From the NCBI GenBank assembly GCA_021802585.1, contig JAJZRQ010000002.1, positions 7,919 to 71,918 on the forward strand: a stretch of DNA of 64,000 nucleotides, written 5' to 3'. The notes under the pieces were generated by a model, which was not told the origin of the DNA, did not search any database, and saw only the letters and a list, made by a program, of their open reading frames with translations. Source of the DNA: Chloroflexota bacterium. Its GTDB lineage: Bacteria > Chloroflexota > Limnocylindria > Limnocylindrales > CSP1-4. The position numbers and the translations under genes are program-made. Of this stretch, positions 24,817 through 33,292 are shown one piece after another; within the stretch, counting starts at the first letter, position 1, and the number at the start of each line of letters is the position of its first letter.

Positions 24817-25797
24817 ATGCTGACCCAGAAGCCGGCCGCCGCAGCCGCCGCGCACGCCGCGGGCGCGCCCGCCGACCCCGCCTCGCTCGTCTGCCTGTTC
24901 GAGGGGCGCTACGTCCCGCTCGGCGAGGCGAACGTCAGCATCATGACCCACGCGTTCATGTACGGGACGGCAGTGTTCGAGGGGATCCGCGCGTACTGGA
25001 ACGCCGACCACGGACAGCTCTACGCGCTCAAGGTCCGCGAGCACATGGAGCGGATCCGGAACTCGGCGAAGATCCTCCTCATGGACGGCCTCCCCTCGGT
25101 GGACCAGCTCACGGGGGAGGCGATCGAGGTCCTCCGGCGGAACGGCTTCCGGGAGGACGCCTACGTCCGGCCGTCGTTCTACAAGAGCACCCAGGCGATC
25201 GGGGTGAAGCTCCACGGGCTCGAGCACCGGTACTACATCCTCGCCCTCCCGTTCGGCGACTACGTCGACACGACGGTCGGCGTGAAGGTCGGGACCGTCT
25301 CCTGGCGCCGCACGGGCGACGCCGCGATGCCGTCCCGGGCGAAGATCGTCGGGAGCTACGTGAACCCCGCCTTCAGCAAGTCGGAGGCGATGCTCAACGG
25401 CTACGACGAGGCCCTCGTCCTCACCGACGACGGCCACATCTCGGAGGGCTCGGCCGAGAACATCTTCGTCGTCCGCGACGGCGTCCTCCTCACCCCGCCG
25501 GTCAGCGACGACATCCTCGAGGGGATCACCCGGGCCGGGATCGTCGAGATCTGCGCCGACCTCGGCCTGCGGGTCGTGGAGCGGACGATCGACCGCTCGG
25601 AGATCTACATCGCCGACGAGGCGTTCTTCTGCGGGACCGGCGCCCAGATCAGCCCGATCATCGAGGTCGACCGCCGGCCCGTGGGGAGCGGCGCCGTCGG
25701 GCCGATCACGAAGCGGATCAAGGACCGCTACTTCGACGCCGTCCGCGGGAACCTGCCCGCGTACACGCACTGGGTGACCCCCGTCCACCGGGGCTGA
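24817..25797 (+). CDS. ilvE: Branched-chain amino acid aminotransferase (class IV)
   Basis: YGTAVFEGIRAYWN, SRAKIVGSYVN and GSAENIFVVRDGVLLTPP motifs. Confidence 0.88.
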   Translation: MLTQKPAAAAAAHAAGAPADPASLVCLFEGRYVPLGEANVSIMTHAFMYGTAVFEGIRAYWNADHGQLYALKVREHMERIRNSAKILLMDGLPSVDQLTGEAIEVLRRNGFREDAYVRPSFYKSTQAIGVKLHGLEHRYYILALPFGDYVDTTVGVKVGTVSWRRTGDAAMPSRAKIVGSYVNPAFSKSEAMLNGYDEALVLTDDGHISEGSAENIFVVRDGVLLTPPVSDDILEGITRAGIVEICADLGLRVVERTIDRSEIYIADEAFFCGTGAQISPIIEVDRRPVGSGAVGPITKRIKDRYFDAVRGNLPAYTHWVTPVHRG

Positions 25798-25813
25798 CGG
25801 TGCGCCGACCGTC
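25796..25813. terminator. Hairpin between convergent ilvE and the LCP gene
   Basis: gacggt-gcgccg-accgtc: 6-bp stem overlapping the ilvE stop. Confidence 0.25.
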
Positions 25814-25821
25814 GTCGCCGG

Positions 25822-27615
25822 TCAGGGGTTGACGGGAGCCTGGAGCCGGGGCGTCGCGGTCCCCTGGATGACGACGAAGTCCGCCCGCATCTTCGGGTCG
25901 GTGGCCGCGACGACGGTGACCCCGAAGACCTCCTCGAGGCGGGCGACCGTCTTGGGGTACGTCGCCTCGGCGCCGTTGTACGCCGTGACGATCGTCGTCG
26001 CGGCGATCGTGTCGGGCGTCTGGCGCTGGGGTGCCGACGCCGCGAAACCCTCGAAGTCGAGGTAGTCGGCGAGGGAGGCGGCGCGGGCCGGCTCGCCCGT
26101 GCTGCTCACGACCCAGACGCCGGCGCCCTCCTCGGCGATGTCCTGCCGCTGGGCCTGCCGGCGAGGGTCGAAGTCGAAGGCGCTCGCCGCGGCCTGGCGG
26201 ATCCGCTCGACGTTCGCCTGGAGGACGTAGATCCCGTTCACGTAGCCCTCCGTCCCGTAGTACGGGGGCGTGAAGACGAAGGAGCGGACGTTCCCGATGT
26301 CGATCCGGCGGGCGAGGTCGATGAGCTGGGGCAGCTTCGCCACCGGGAAGTCGGTCTTGAGGGCGCCCTTCGTCGCCTGGACGAGCGCGGAGAGGACGTC
26401 CGGCCGGGCGAGGGTCGCGAAGTCGGCCTGCTGGCGGAGCGAGAGGAGCACCCGCTGCTGGCGCGCCGCCCGGTCGAAGTCGGACGAGCCGTGGCGCGAG
26501 CGGGCGTAGACGAGGGCCTCGGATCCCGTCATGTGCTGGACGCCGGTCGGGATGTAGACCCGCAGCTTCCCGTTGTCGCCGGGGTAGTTGTCGTCGACGA
26601 CCGGCAGCTGGACGTTGACGGTCACGCCGCCGAGGGCGTCGACGACCTTCTGGAAGCCGGGGAAGTCGACCTCGACGAAGTACTGGATCTGGAGGCCGTA
26701 GAGGCCGCCGAGCGTGTCCTTCAGGGCCTGGTAGCCGCTCATCTTCCCGCCGGGAAAGAGGTCCGGCCGCGCGCGAGCCTGCTGGAAGAGGGCGTTGATC
26801 TTGCGGTTCCACGTCCCCCCGAAGAAGGCCCGGGCGGGCCCGTCGGCAAGGGGGATCCCCGTCGTGTCGCGGGGCAGGCTGAAGAGGGCGACCTGCCCGG
26901 TCGCCGGGTCGACGCTCGCGACGATGAGCGTGTCGGTGTTGTAGGCGCCTTCTCCGGGCCGCCGGTCTGAGCCGATGAGGAGGACGTTGAGGAGCCCCTT
27001 GCCGTCCCACGGCGGGAGCGTGGCTGCGCCGGGCGCCGACGTCGCGCCGGGGGGCGCCGTGGAGATCGGGGCGTCCGTCGGTCCCGCCCCGGCGTCGGGG
27101 CTCGCCGAGGCGCCCGGGCTCGGGGCGCCCGTGTCGTCGCCCGTCGGGTTGAAGACGCCGTTCACGAGGTCGAGCGCCTGGAGGTCGTAGTAGGCGACGG
27201 CGGCGTGGGCGCCGCTCATGACGAGGACGACGCCGAGGAGGCCGGCGACGGAGAGCGGGGCGAGGACCGTCCGCGACGGACCGAGCCGCCCGGCGCTCTG
27301 GTCCCAGCGGTTGAGGAAGAGGACGACCCGGTAGGCGTCGATCGCCGCGACGGCGCGGTACAGGAGGGCGACGATGTTGCCGACGAGGACTGCGACGAGG
27401 ACGGGAGGCTGGAGGACGACGCCCACGAGCTCGACCTGGAAGCTCGCGGCGGTGCCGAGGAGGAGCGCGAGGAGGAGGAACGGCGGGGCCGCGAAGCCGA
27501 CGGCCCGGTACCAGGCGCCGGCGTACGCGTGGCCGAGCCCCGGGAAGAGGAGCGAGAGGAAGGCCGCCGCGAAGGCGGAACGTGCGCGGCGGCGCGGCTC
27601 CTGCGCTGGGTGCAT
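25822..27615 (-). CDS. LytR-CpsA-Psr (LCP) family cell-envelope transferase with N-terminal multi-TM region and LytR_C-like tail
   Basis: LLNVLLIGSDRRPGEGAYNTDTLIVASVDPATGQVALFSLPRDT and ALVYARSRH motifs. Start is ATG 27615 (MHPAQEP) within track ORF 25822-28101. Confidence 0.85.
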   Translation of the reverse strand: MHPAQEPRRRARSAFAAAFLSLLFPGLGHAYAGAWYRAVGFAAPPFLLLALLLGTAASFQVELVGVVLQPPVLVAVLVGNIVALLYRAVAAIDAYRVVLFLNRWDQSAGRLGPSRTVLAPLSVAGLLGVVLVMSGAHAAVAYYDLQALDLVNGVFNPTGDDTGAPSPGASASPDAGAGPTDAPISTAPPGATSAPGAATLPPWDGKGLLNVLLIGSDRRPGEGAYNTDTLIVASVDPATGQVALFSLPRDTTGIPLADGPARAFFGGTWNRKINALFQQARARPDLFPGGKMSGYQALKDTLGGLYGLQIQYFVEVDFPGFQKVVDALGGVTVNVQLPVVDDNYPGDNGKLRVYIPTGVQHMTGSEALVYARSRHGSSDFDRAARQQRVLLSLRQQADFATLARPDVLSALVQATKGALKTDFPVAKLPQLIDLARRIDIGNVRSFVFTPPYYGTEGYVNGIYVLQANVERIRQAAASAFDFDPRRQAQRQDIAEEGAGVWVVSSTGEPARAASLADYLDFEGFAASAPQRQTPDTIAATTIVTAYNGAEATYPKTVARLEEVFGVTVVAATDPKMRADFVVIQGTATPRLQAPVNP

Positions 27616-27621
27616 CGCGGG

Positions 27622-27628
27622 TAGGATA
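27622..27628. promoter_or_regulatory. Shared divergent -10 region (plus TAGGAT / minus TATCCT) between the LCP gene and ileS
   Basis: gTAGGATAg. On the minus strand TATCCT ends 7 nt before the LCP ATG (leaderless candidate). On the plus strand TAGGAT would give an ileS leader of about 90 nt. Confidence 0.35.
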
Positions 27629-27724
27629 GGGGGAACCTCCGTGAAGCGTGTCCGCGGGCAGAGACGGCCGGTCGGGTCGTCTCGTGACGCCGGGGCCCGC
27701 GCCGCCCCACCCCTGCCGAGGCCC

Positions 27725-30700
27725 ATGTTCGATCCCGTCAGCAGCAAGCCCGACTTCATCGTCCAGGAGCACCGGGTCCTCGACCTGTGGCGCGAGCGGA
27801 GGGCGTTCGAGCGGCTGCGAGCCCAGAACGCCGCCGGCCCGCGCTGGAGCTTCCTCGACGGGCCGATCACGGCGAACAACCCCATGGGCGTCCACCACGC
27901 GTGGGGCCGGACGTACAAGGACGTGTTCCAGCGCCACCGCGCGATGCTCGGCCACGCCCAGCGCTGGCAGAACGGGTTCGACTGCCAGGGCCTGTGGGTC
28001 GAGGTGAACGTGGAGCGCGACCTCGGCTTCACCTCGAAGCGCGACATCGAGGAGTACGGGCTCGCCGCGTTCGTGAGCCTCTGCAAGCAGCGGGTCCTCA
28101 CGTTCGCGGCCCGCCAGACCGAGCAGTCGATTCGGCTCGGCTACTGGATGGACTGGAACGACCCGGAGGAGCTCCGCCGGCTCCGCGACCTCCTCGCCGC
28201 CGACCCCGGCCGCGTCCTGACGCTCGACGGCCCGAAGGGACCGGTGACGGACACGGTGGAGATGCTCGTCGGACGGCTCGGGATGCCCGAGCTCGGCGGC
28301 TCGTACTTCACGTTCAGCAATGAGAACAACGACCTCATCTGGGCGTTCCTCGCCGAGTGCCACCGGCGGGGCTGGCTCTACAAGGGCCACGACACGATGC
28401 CGTGGTGCCCGCGTTGCGGGACCGGCCTCTCCCAGATGGAGATGAACGAGGGCTACGCCGAGCGCGAGGATCCCGGGCTCACCGTCCGCTTCCCGCTCGT
28501 CGACCGGCCCGGCGAGGCGCTCCTCGTCTGGACGACGACGCCCTGGACGCTCGCCGCGAACGTCGCGGCGGCCGTCGGGGCGGACCTGCGGTACGCGAAG
28601 GTGCGCCAGGGCCATGACGTCTTCTGGCTCGGCCGGGGGAGGCTCCGGCAGGCGCTCGTGGGGCCGTTCGAGGTGCTCGAGGAGCGGGACGGGGCGGACC
28701 TCGTCGGCTGGCGCTACCGGGGGCCGTTCGACGAGCTCCCGGCGGTCGGCGAGGCGTTCGCTCGAGGCACGCGCGACGAGCCCGACCGCCCGTACGAGCA
28801 TCGAGTCGTCGCCTGGGACGAGGTCGGCGAGGAGGAGGGGACAGGCATCGTCCACGTCGCGCCCGGCTGCGGCGCGGAGGACTACCTGCTCGGCACGGCC
28901 CTCGGGCTGCCGGCGATCGGGCCGATCGACGAGGACGGCCTCTACGGCCCGGGCTTCGGCTGGCTGACGGGCCGCGAGGCGCCGGCGCTCGCCGAGAGCA
29001 TCGTCGACGACCTCGAGCGGCGCGGCTTCTTCTACCACCTCGAGCCGTACACCCACCGCTACCCGCACTGCTGGCGGTGCCAGACGCCGTTGTTGTTCCG
29101 GCTCGTCGACGAGTGGTACATCTCGATGGGGCCGGTCTACGACCGTCCCCGCGAGCAGCTCACGAAGGATGAGGTCGACGCGAGCCTCCGCTACCAGATC
29201 ATGGAGGTCGTCGACCGGATCCGCTGGATCCCCGAGTTCGGGTACGAGCGGGAGCTCGACTGGCTCCTGAACATGCGCGACTGGATGATCAGCAAGAAGC
29301 GGTACTGGGGCCTCGCCCTCCCGATCTGGGACTGCCCGTCCTGCGGCACGTTCGACGTCGTGGGGGGCCGGGAGGAGCTGCGCGCGCGGGCCGTCGAGGG
29401 CTGGGAGGCGCTCGAGGGCCACACGCCGCACCGCCCCTGGGTCGACGCCGTGAAGATCGCCTGCCCGGGCTGTGGGGAGCCCGTCGCCCGGATCCCCGAC
29501 GTCGGCAACCCGTGGCTCGATGCGGGGATCGTCCCCTTCTCGACGATGCACTACCGGGAGGACCGCGCCACCTGGGAGCAGTGGTTCCCCGCCGACTTCG
29601 TCACCGAGAGCTTCCCCGGCCAGTTCCGGAACTGGTTCTACTCGATGCTCGCCATGAGCACGGTCCTCCGCCGCGAGGAGCCGTTTCGCACGATCTTCGG
29701 CTACGCCACGCTCTACGGCGAGGATGGGCGGCCGATGCACAAGAGCTGGGGGAACGCGATCGCTTTCGACGAGGCCGCCGAGCGGATGGGCGTCGACGTC
29801 ATGCGCTGGATGTTCGCGAGCGCCCGGCCCGAGGACAACATCAACTTCGGCTGGCATGCGGCCGACGAGGCCCGCCGTGAGCTCCTCGTCCTGTGGAACG
29901 TCTACGCGTTCTTCGTCACGTACGCCCGCCTGGCGGGCTGGACGCCGGCGCGCGGGATCGGCGCGGAGATCGACGGAGCCGCCGCGTGGCCGGTCCTCGA
30001 CCGCTGGATCCTCTCGCGGGCGGCCGACCTCGCGACGCGGGTCGGCGAGCGGCTCGACGACTTCGACGCGATCGCGGCGACGCGGGCGATCGGGACGTTC
30101 ATCGACGACCTCTCGACGTGGTACCTGCGCCTGTCGCGCGAGCGGATGCGGCGCAACGCCGACGACGGCGACCGGAGCGCGGCCTTCGCGACGCTCCACG
30201 CGGTGCTCGTCGCCGTCGCCCGGGTCCTCGCTCCGATCCTGCCGTTCCTGACCGAGGCGATGTACCAGAACCTCATCGTCGCGGTCGACCCCTCGCTGCC
30301 CGACAGCGTCCACCTGACCCGCTGGCCGGCGGCCGACCTCGCGCGCCACCGCGACGAGCGCCTCGAGGCCGCGGTGGCGACCGCCCGCCGCGCCGTCGAG
30401 CTCGTCCGGACACTCCGGGCCCAGGCCGGGCTCCGGGTCCGCCAGCCGCTCGCCCGCCTGTGGCTCGCGCTGCCGGGCGGCGACCTCCACGAGCTCGACG
30501 CCCTCGTCGGACTGATCGCCGGCGAGGTGAACGTGAAGGCGATCGAGCTCATCGGCGACGAATCGGCGCTCGTCGAGCGGCGCGTCAAGCCGCTCCTCCC
30601 GAGGATCGGCAGGAAGCTCGGGCCCGCGATCCCGGCGGTCATGGCGGCGGCGCGCGCGGGGCGCTTCGAGATCCGGCCCGACGGCTCGGTCGAGCTCGCC

Positions 30701-31093
30701 GGCGTGACGCTCGCGCCCGACGAGGTCGAGATCCTCGCGACGCCCCGTCCGGGGACCGCTGTGGCGCACGACGAGGGGCTCGTCGTCGTCATCGATACGG
30801 AGCTCACGGACGCGCTTCGGGCCGAGGGCGACGCCCGGGAGCTCCAGCGGGCGATCCAGGACCTCCGGCGTGACGCGGGGCTCGAGCTCGACGACCGGAT
30901 CGAGCTCGCGGTCTCGCTCGACGAGGCGGAGGCGGGGCGGCTTCGCCCGTTCCTCCCGGCGCTCGCCCTCGAGACGCTCGCCGACGCGGTGGCCGCGGGC
31001 CCGATCCCGGATGGCTGGCCGGCGACGGCGGTCGACCTCGGCGGGACCCGCGCCACGGTCGCGCTCCGCCGGCGCCCGGAGGGCCGCGGGTGA
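27725..31093 (+). CDS. ileS: Isoleucine--tRNA ligase (type 2)
   Basis: HIGH-like PMGVHHAWGRT, KMSKS-like MHKSWGN, and CPRCGT...CWRC and CPSCG...CPGCG zinc clusters. Start is ATG 27725 within track ORF 27374-31093. Confidence 0.95.
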   Translation: MFDPVSSKPDFIVQEHRVLDLWRERRAFERLRAQNAAGPRWSFLDGPITANNPMGVHHAWGRTYKDVFQRHRAMLGHAQRWQNGFDCQGLWVEVNVERDLGFTSKRDIEEYGLAAFVSLCKQRVLTFAARQTEQSIRLGYWMDWNDPEELRRLRDLLAADPGRVLTLDGPKGPVTDTVEMLVGRLGMPELGGSYFTFSNENNDLIWAFLAECHRRGWLYKGHDTMPWCPRCGTGLSQMEMNEGYAEREDPGLTVRFPLVDRPGEALLVWTTTPWTLAANVAAAVGADLRYAKVRQGHDVFWLGRGRLRQALVGPFEVLEERDGADLVGWRYRGPFDELPAVGEAFARGTRDEPDRPYEHRVVAWDEVGEEEGTGIVHVAPGCGAEDYLLGTALGLPAIGPIDEDGLYGPGFGWLTGREAPALAESIVDDLERRGFFYHLEPYTHRYPHCWRCQTPLLFRLVDEWYISMGPVYDRPREQLTKDEVDASLRYQIMEVVDRIRWIPEFGYERELDWLLNMRDWMISKKRYWGLALPIWDCPSCGTFDVVGGREELRARAVEGWEALEGHTPHRPWVDAVKIACPGCGEPVARIPDVGNPWLDAGIVPFSTMHYREDRATWEQWFPADFVTESFPGQFRNWFYSMLAMSTVLRREEPFRTIFGYATLYGEDGRPMHKSWGNAIAFDEAAERMGVDVMRWMFASARPEDNINFGWHAADEARRELLVLWNVYAFFVTYARLAGWTPARGIGAEIDGAAAWPVLDRWILSRAADLATRVGERLDDFDAIAATRAIGTFIDDLSTWYLRLSRERMRRNADDGDRSAAFATLHAVLVAVARVLAPILPFLTEAMYQNLIVAVDPSLPDSVHLTRWPAADLARHRDERLEAAVATARRAVELVRTLRAQAGLRVRQPLARLWLALPGGDLHELDALVGLIAGEVNVKAIELIGDESALVERRVKPLLPRIGRKLGPAIPAVMAAARAGRFEIRPDGSVELAGVTLAPDEVEILATPRPGTAVAHDEGLVVVIDTELTDALRAEGDARELQRAIQDLRRDAGLELDDRIELAVSLDEAEAGRLRPFLPALALETLADAVAAGPIPDGWPATAVDLGGTRATVALRRRPEGRG

Positions 31094-31641
31094 GCGACGC
31101 GGGCGCCACGGCGGAGGTCGACGCGGGGGTGGCGCACCCGGCGGCGACACGGCGGGCCCGTCATTGGATCGCGTTCTTCGCCCTCGCTGCGGCCGTCGTC
31201 GGCGCGGACCAGCTCGTGAAGGCATGGGTCGTCGCGTCGTTCCCCTTCGGCGAGCCCGTGGAGGTCCTCGACGGCTGGCTGCGGATCTGGTACGTGGCGA
31301 ACGACGGGGCGATCTTCGGCCTGTTCCGGGACCAGGCCGTCCTCTTCGCCCTCCTCAGCGTCGTCGTCATGGGGATCATCGTCTGGTTCCACGGGCGGAT
31401 GGCGCCCGGCGTCGGCTGGCTGGCCACCCTCGCCCTCGGCCTCCTCCTCGGCGGCGCCGTCGGCAACTTCATCGACCGCGTGCGGCTCGGCCACGTCGTG
31501 GACTTCGTCGACATGGGGATCCCCGGCGGCTGGCGCTTCTACACCTGGAACGTCGCGGACGCGGCAATCACCGTCTCGATCGCGCTCCTCCTCGCGATCG
31601 CCGTCCTGCCGATGGGGCGTCGGGGCCCCGCCGGCGGATGA
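31090..31641 (+). CDS. lspA: Lipoprotein signal peptidase II
   Basis: NDGAIFG and GNFIDRVRLGHVVDFVD motifs, 4 TM; GTGA overlap with ileS. Confidence 0.88.
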   Translation: MSDAGATAEVDAGVAHPAATRRARHWIAFFALAAAVVGADQLVKAWVVASFPFGEPVEVLDGWLRIWYVANDGAIFGLFRDQAVLFALLSVVVMGIIVWFHGRMAPGVGWLATLALGLLLGGAVGNFIDRVRLGHVVDFVDMGIPGGWRFYTWNVADAAITVSIALLLAIAVLPMGRRGPAGG

Positions 31642-33287
31642 CGGAGCTGCGGCTCGTCGTCCCGGCCGGCCCCGGCGGGCGGGCCGATCGCTTCGCCGCC
31701 GACCTGTCGGGCCTCTCGCGGAGCCGCGTCCAGCGCCTCATCACGGACGGCCGCGTCACCGCCGACGGGCGGCCGGTGAAGGCGAACACGATCGTCCCCG
31801 GAGGCAGCCTCCTCGTGATCGACGTCCCGCCGCCCGAGCCGGCGGGGATCGAGGCGGAGGAGATCCCGCTGACGGTCGCGTACGAGGACGACGGCGTCCT
31901 CGTCATCGACAAGCCGGCCGGGCTCGTCGTCCACCCCAGCCCCGGGCACTGGTCAGGGACGCTCGTCAACGCCCTTCTCGCCCGCGACACGGCGTACGGC
32001 GGGATCGCCGGCGTCGAGCGGCCGGGGATCGTCCACCGCCTCGACCGCGACACGTCGGGGCTCCTCATGGTGGCGAAGACGGACGCAGCCCAGGCCGGCC
32101 TCATGGCGCAGCTGAAGGCGCGCCGCGTGAAGAAGACGTACCTCGCCCTCGTCCAGGGCAGCGTCCAGGCCGCGGTCGGGCGGATCGAGGCGCCGATCGG
32201 GCGCGACCCGCGGAACCGAATGCGGATGGCGGTCGTTCCCGACGGCCGCCCCTCGGTCACCGGCTACCGCGTCCGCGAGCGGTTCGCCGGGTGGACGCTC
32301 CTCGAGGTCGACCTCGTGACCGGGCGGACGCACCAGATCCGCGTCCACCTCGCGGCGCTCGGGCACTCGGTGGCGGGGGACGCGGTCTACGGCACGGGGA
32401 CCGCGCGGCGCGGGCCGGCCGGCCTCGAGCGGCTCTTCCTCCACGCCTGGCGCCTCGCCTTCGGGTCCCCCGCGACGGGCGAGCTCGTCCGCCTCGAGGC
32501 GCCGCTCCCCCCGGAGCTCGAAGGACCGCTCGAGCGGCTCCGGGCGGTCGCCGGGGGCCTCCCCGGCGAGGCGCCGCCACGAGGGGCCGGCGGGGGGGAC
32601 GAGCCGCGGGCGGGGAGCGGCGGGGAGCCGGCGCTCGGGGCCGCGCCTGCCGCCGACGACCCGCTCGCCGGGGTCCCGAGCGCGGGCGCGCCCGGCGCCC
32701 TCCTCGTCGTCGTGTCGGGTCCGTCGGGGGTCGGCAAGGACACGATCATCGCGGCGCTCCGACGGCGGCGGCGCGACCCGGACTACCACTACGTCGTCAC
32801 CTGCACGACCCGCGGGCCGCGGCCGGGCGAGGTGGACGCTGAGAGCTACCACTTCCTCAGCCAGCCCCGCTTCACGGCGCTCCGCGACGGCGGGGCGTTC
32901 CTCGAGTCCGCCGAGGTCCACGGCAACTGGTACGCGACGCCGCGGGCGGAGGTCCGACGGGCGCTCGCGGCAGGGCACGACGTCATCCTCAAGATCGACG
33001 TCCAGGGCGCCGCCGCCGTGAAGGCCCTCGTTCCGGACGCCCTCCTCGTGTTCGTCGTGCCGCCGTCGCTCGAGGCCCTCTTCCGGCGCCTCCGGGCGCG
33101 GGCGACGGAGACGGCCGAGGAGCTCGAGCTCCGGCAGCGGAACGCGGCGATCGAGCTCGCCCGGGCCGGCGACTACGACCACGTCGTCGTGAACGAGGAC
33201 GGGCAGGTGGAGCGGACCGCGGAGCGGATCGACGAGATCATCCGCGTCGAGCGCCGGCGTCACCCGGACCGCCGGGTCGTCGTCTGA
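31638..33287 (+). CDS. rluD-gmk: Single 549-codon frame encoding RluD-type 23S rRNA pseudouridine synthase fused to guanylate kinase
   Basis: The N-terminus has an S4 domain plus the RluA-family core (GIVHRLDRDTSGLLMVAKT, HQIRVHLA). A Gly/Ala/Pro linker of about 50 aa follows, then a complete Gmk (LLVVVSGPSGVGKDT, TTRGPRPGEVDAESYHF, AEVHGNWYATP). There is no stop and no ATG/GTG/TTG before the P-loop strand. Confidence 0.8.
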   Translation: MTELRLVVPAGPGGRADRFAADLSGLSRSRVQRLITDGRVTADGRPVKANTIVPGGSLLVIDVPPPEPAGIEAEEIPLTVAYEDDGVLVIDKPAGLVVHPSPGHWSGTLVNALLARDTAYGGIAGVERPGIVHRLDRDTSGLLMVAKTDAAQAGLMAQLKARRVKKTYLALVQGSVQAAVGRIEAPIGRDPRNRMRMAVVPDGRPSVTGYRVRERFAGWTLLEVDLVTGRTHQIRVHLAALGHSVAGDAVYGTGTARRGPAGLERLFLHAWRLAFGSPATGELVRLEAPLPPELEGPLERLRAVAGGLPGEAPPRGAGGGDEPRAGSGGEPALGAAPAADDPLAGVPSAGAPGALLVVVSGPSGVGKDTIIAALRRRRRDPDYHYVVTCTTRGPRPGEVDAESYHFLSQPRFTALRDGGAFLESAEVHGNWYATPRAEVRRALAAGHDVILKIDVQGAAAVKALVPDALLVFVVPPSLEALFRRLRARATETAEELELRQRNAAIELARAGDYDHVVVNEDGQVERTAERIDEIIRVERRRHPDRRVVV

Positions 33288-33292
33288 GGGAG

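Noticed and set aside
27629-27724. A possible T-box or other riboswitch leader upstream of ileS, since actinobacterial ileS genes often carry a T-box.
   Set aside because: I found no T-box core (a GGUGGUACCGCG-like sequence) and no convincing specifier/antiterminator arrangement in the ~100-nt gap. A covariance-model scan would be the decisive test.
25718-31225. Giant alternative-frame and antisense ORFs, such as the 1835-aa minus-strand ORF here. Others include 729-2693(-), 2551-4041(-), 6066-8960(+), 21026-22699(-), 33260-36304(-), 40962-43601(-), 52320-55169(-) and 56043-59060(-).
   Set aside because: Their translations are dominated by Arg/Pro/Gly/Ala/Asp runs with no recognisable domains. 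They lie opposite or out of frame to clearly conserved genes (ileS, secD, smc and so on). The scarcity of stop codons in very GC-rich DNA explains them.
32540-32715. An independent start codon for gmk inside the RluD-Gmk linker.
   Set aside because: There is no in-frame ATG/GTG/TTG in the linker. The only GTG (32712) is the Val immediately before SGPSGVGK and would remove the first beta-strand of the P-loop fold. The fusion reading is therefore retained, with the caveat of possible sequencing error.
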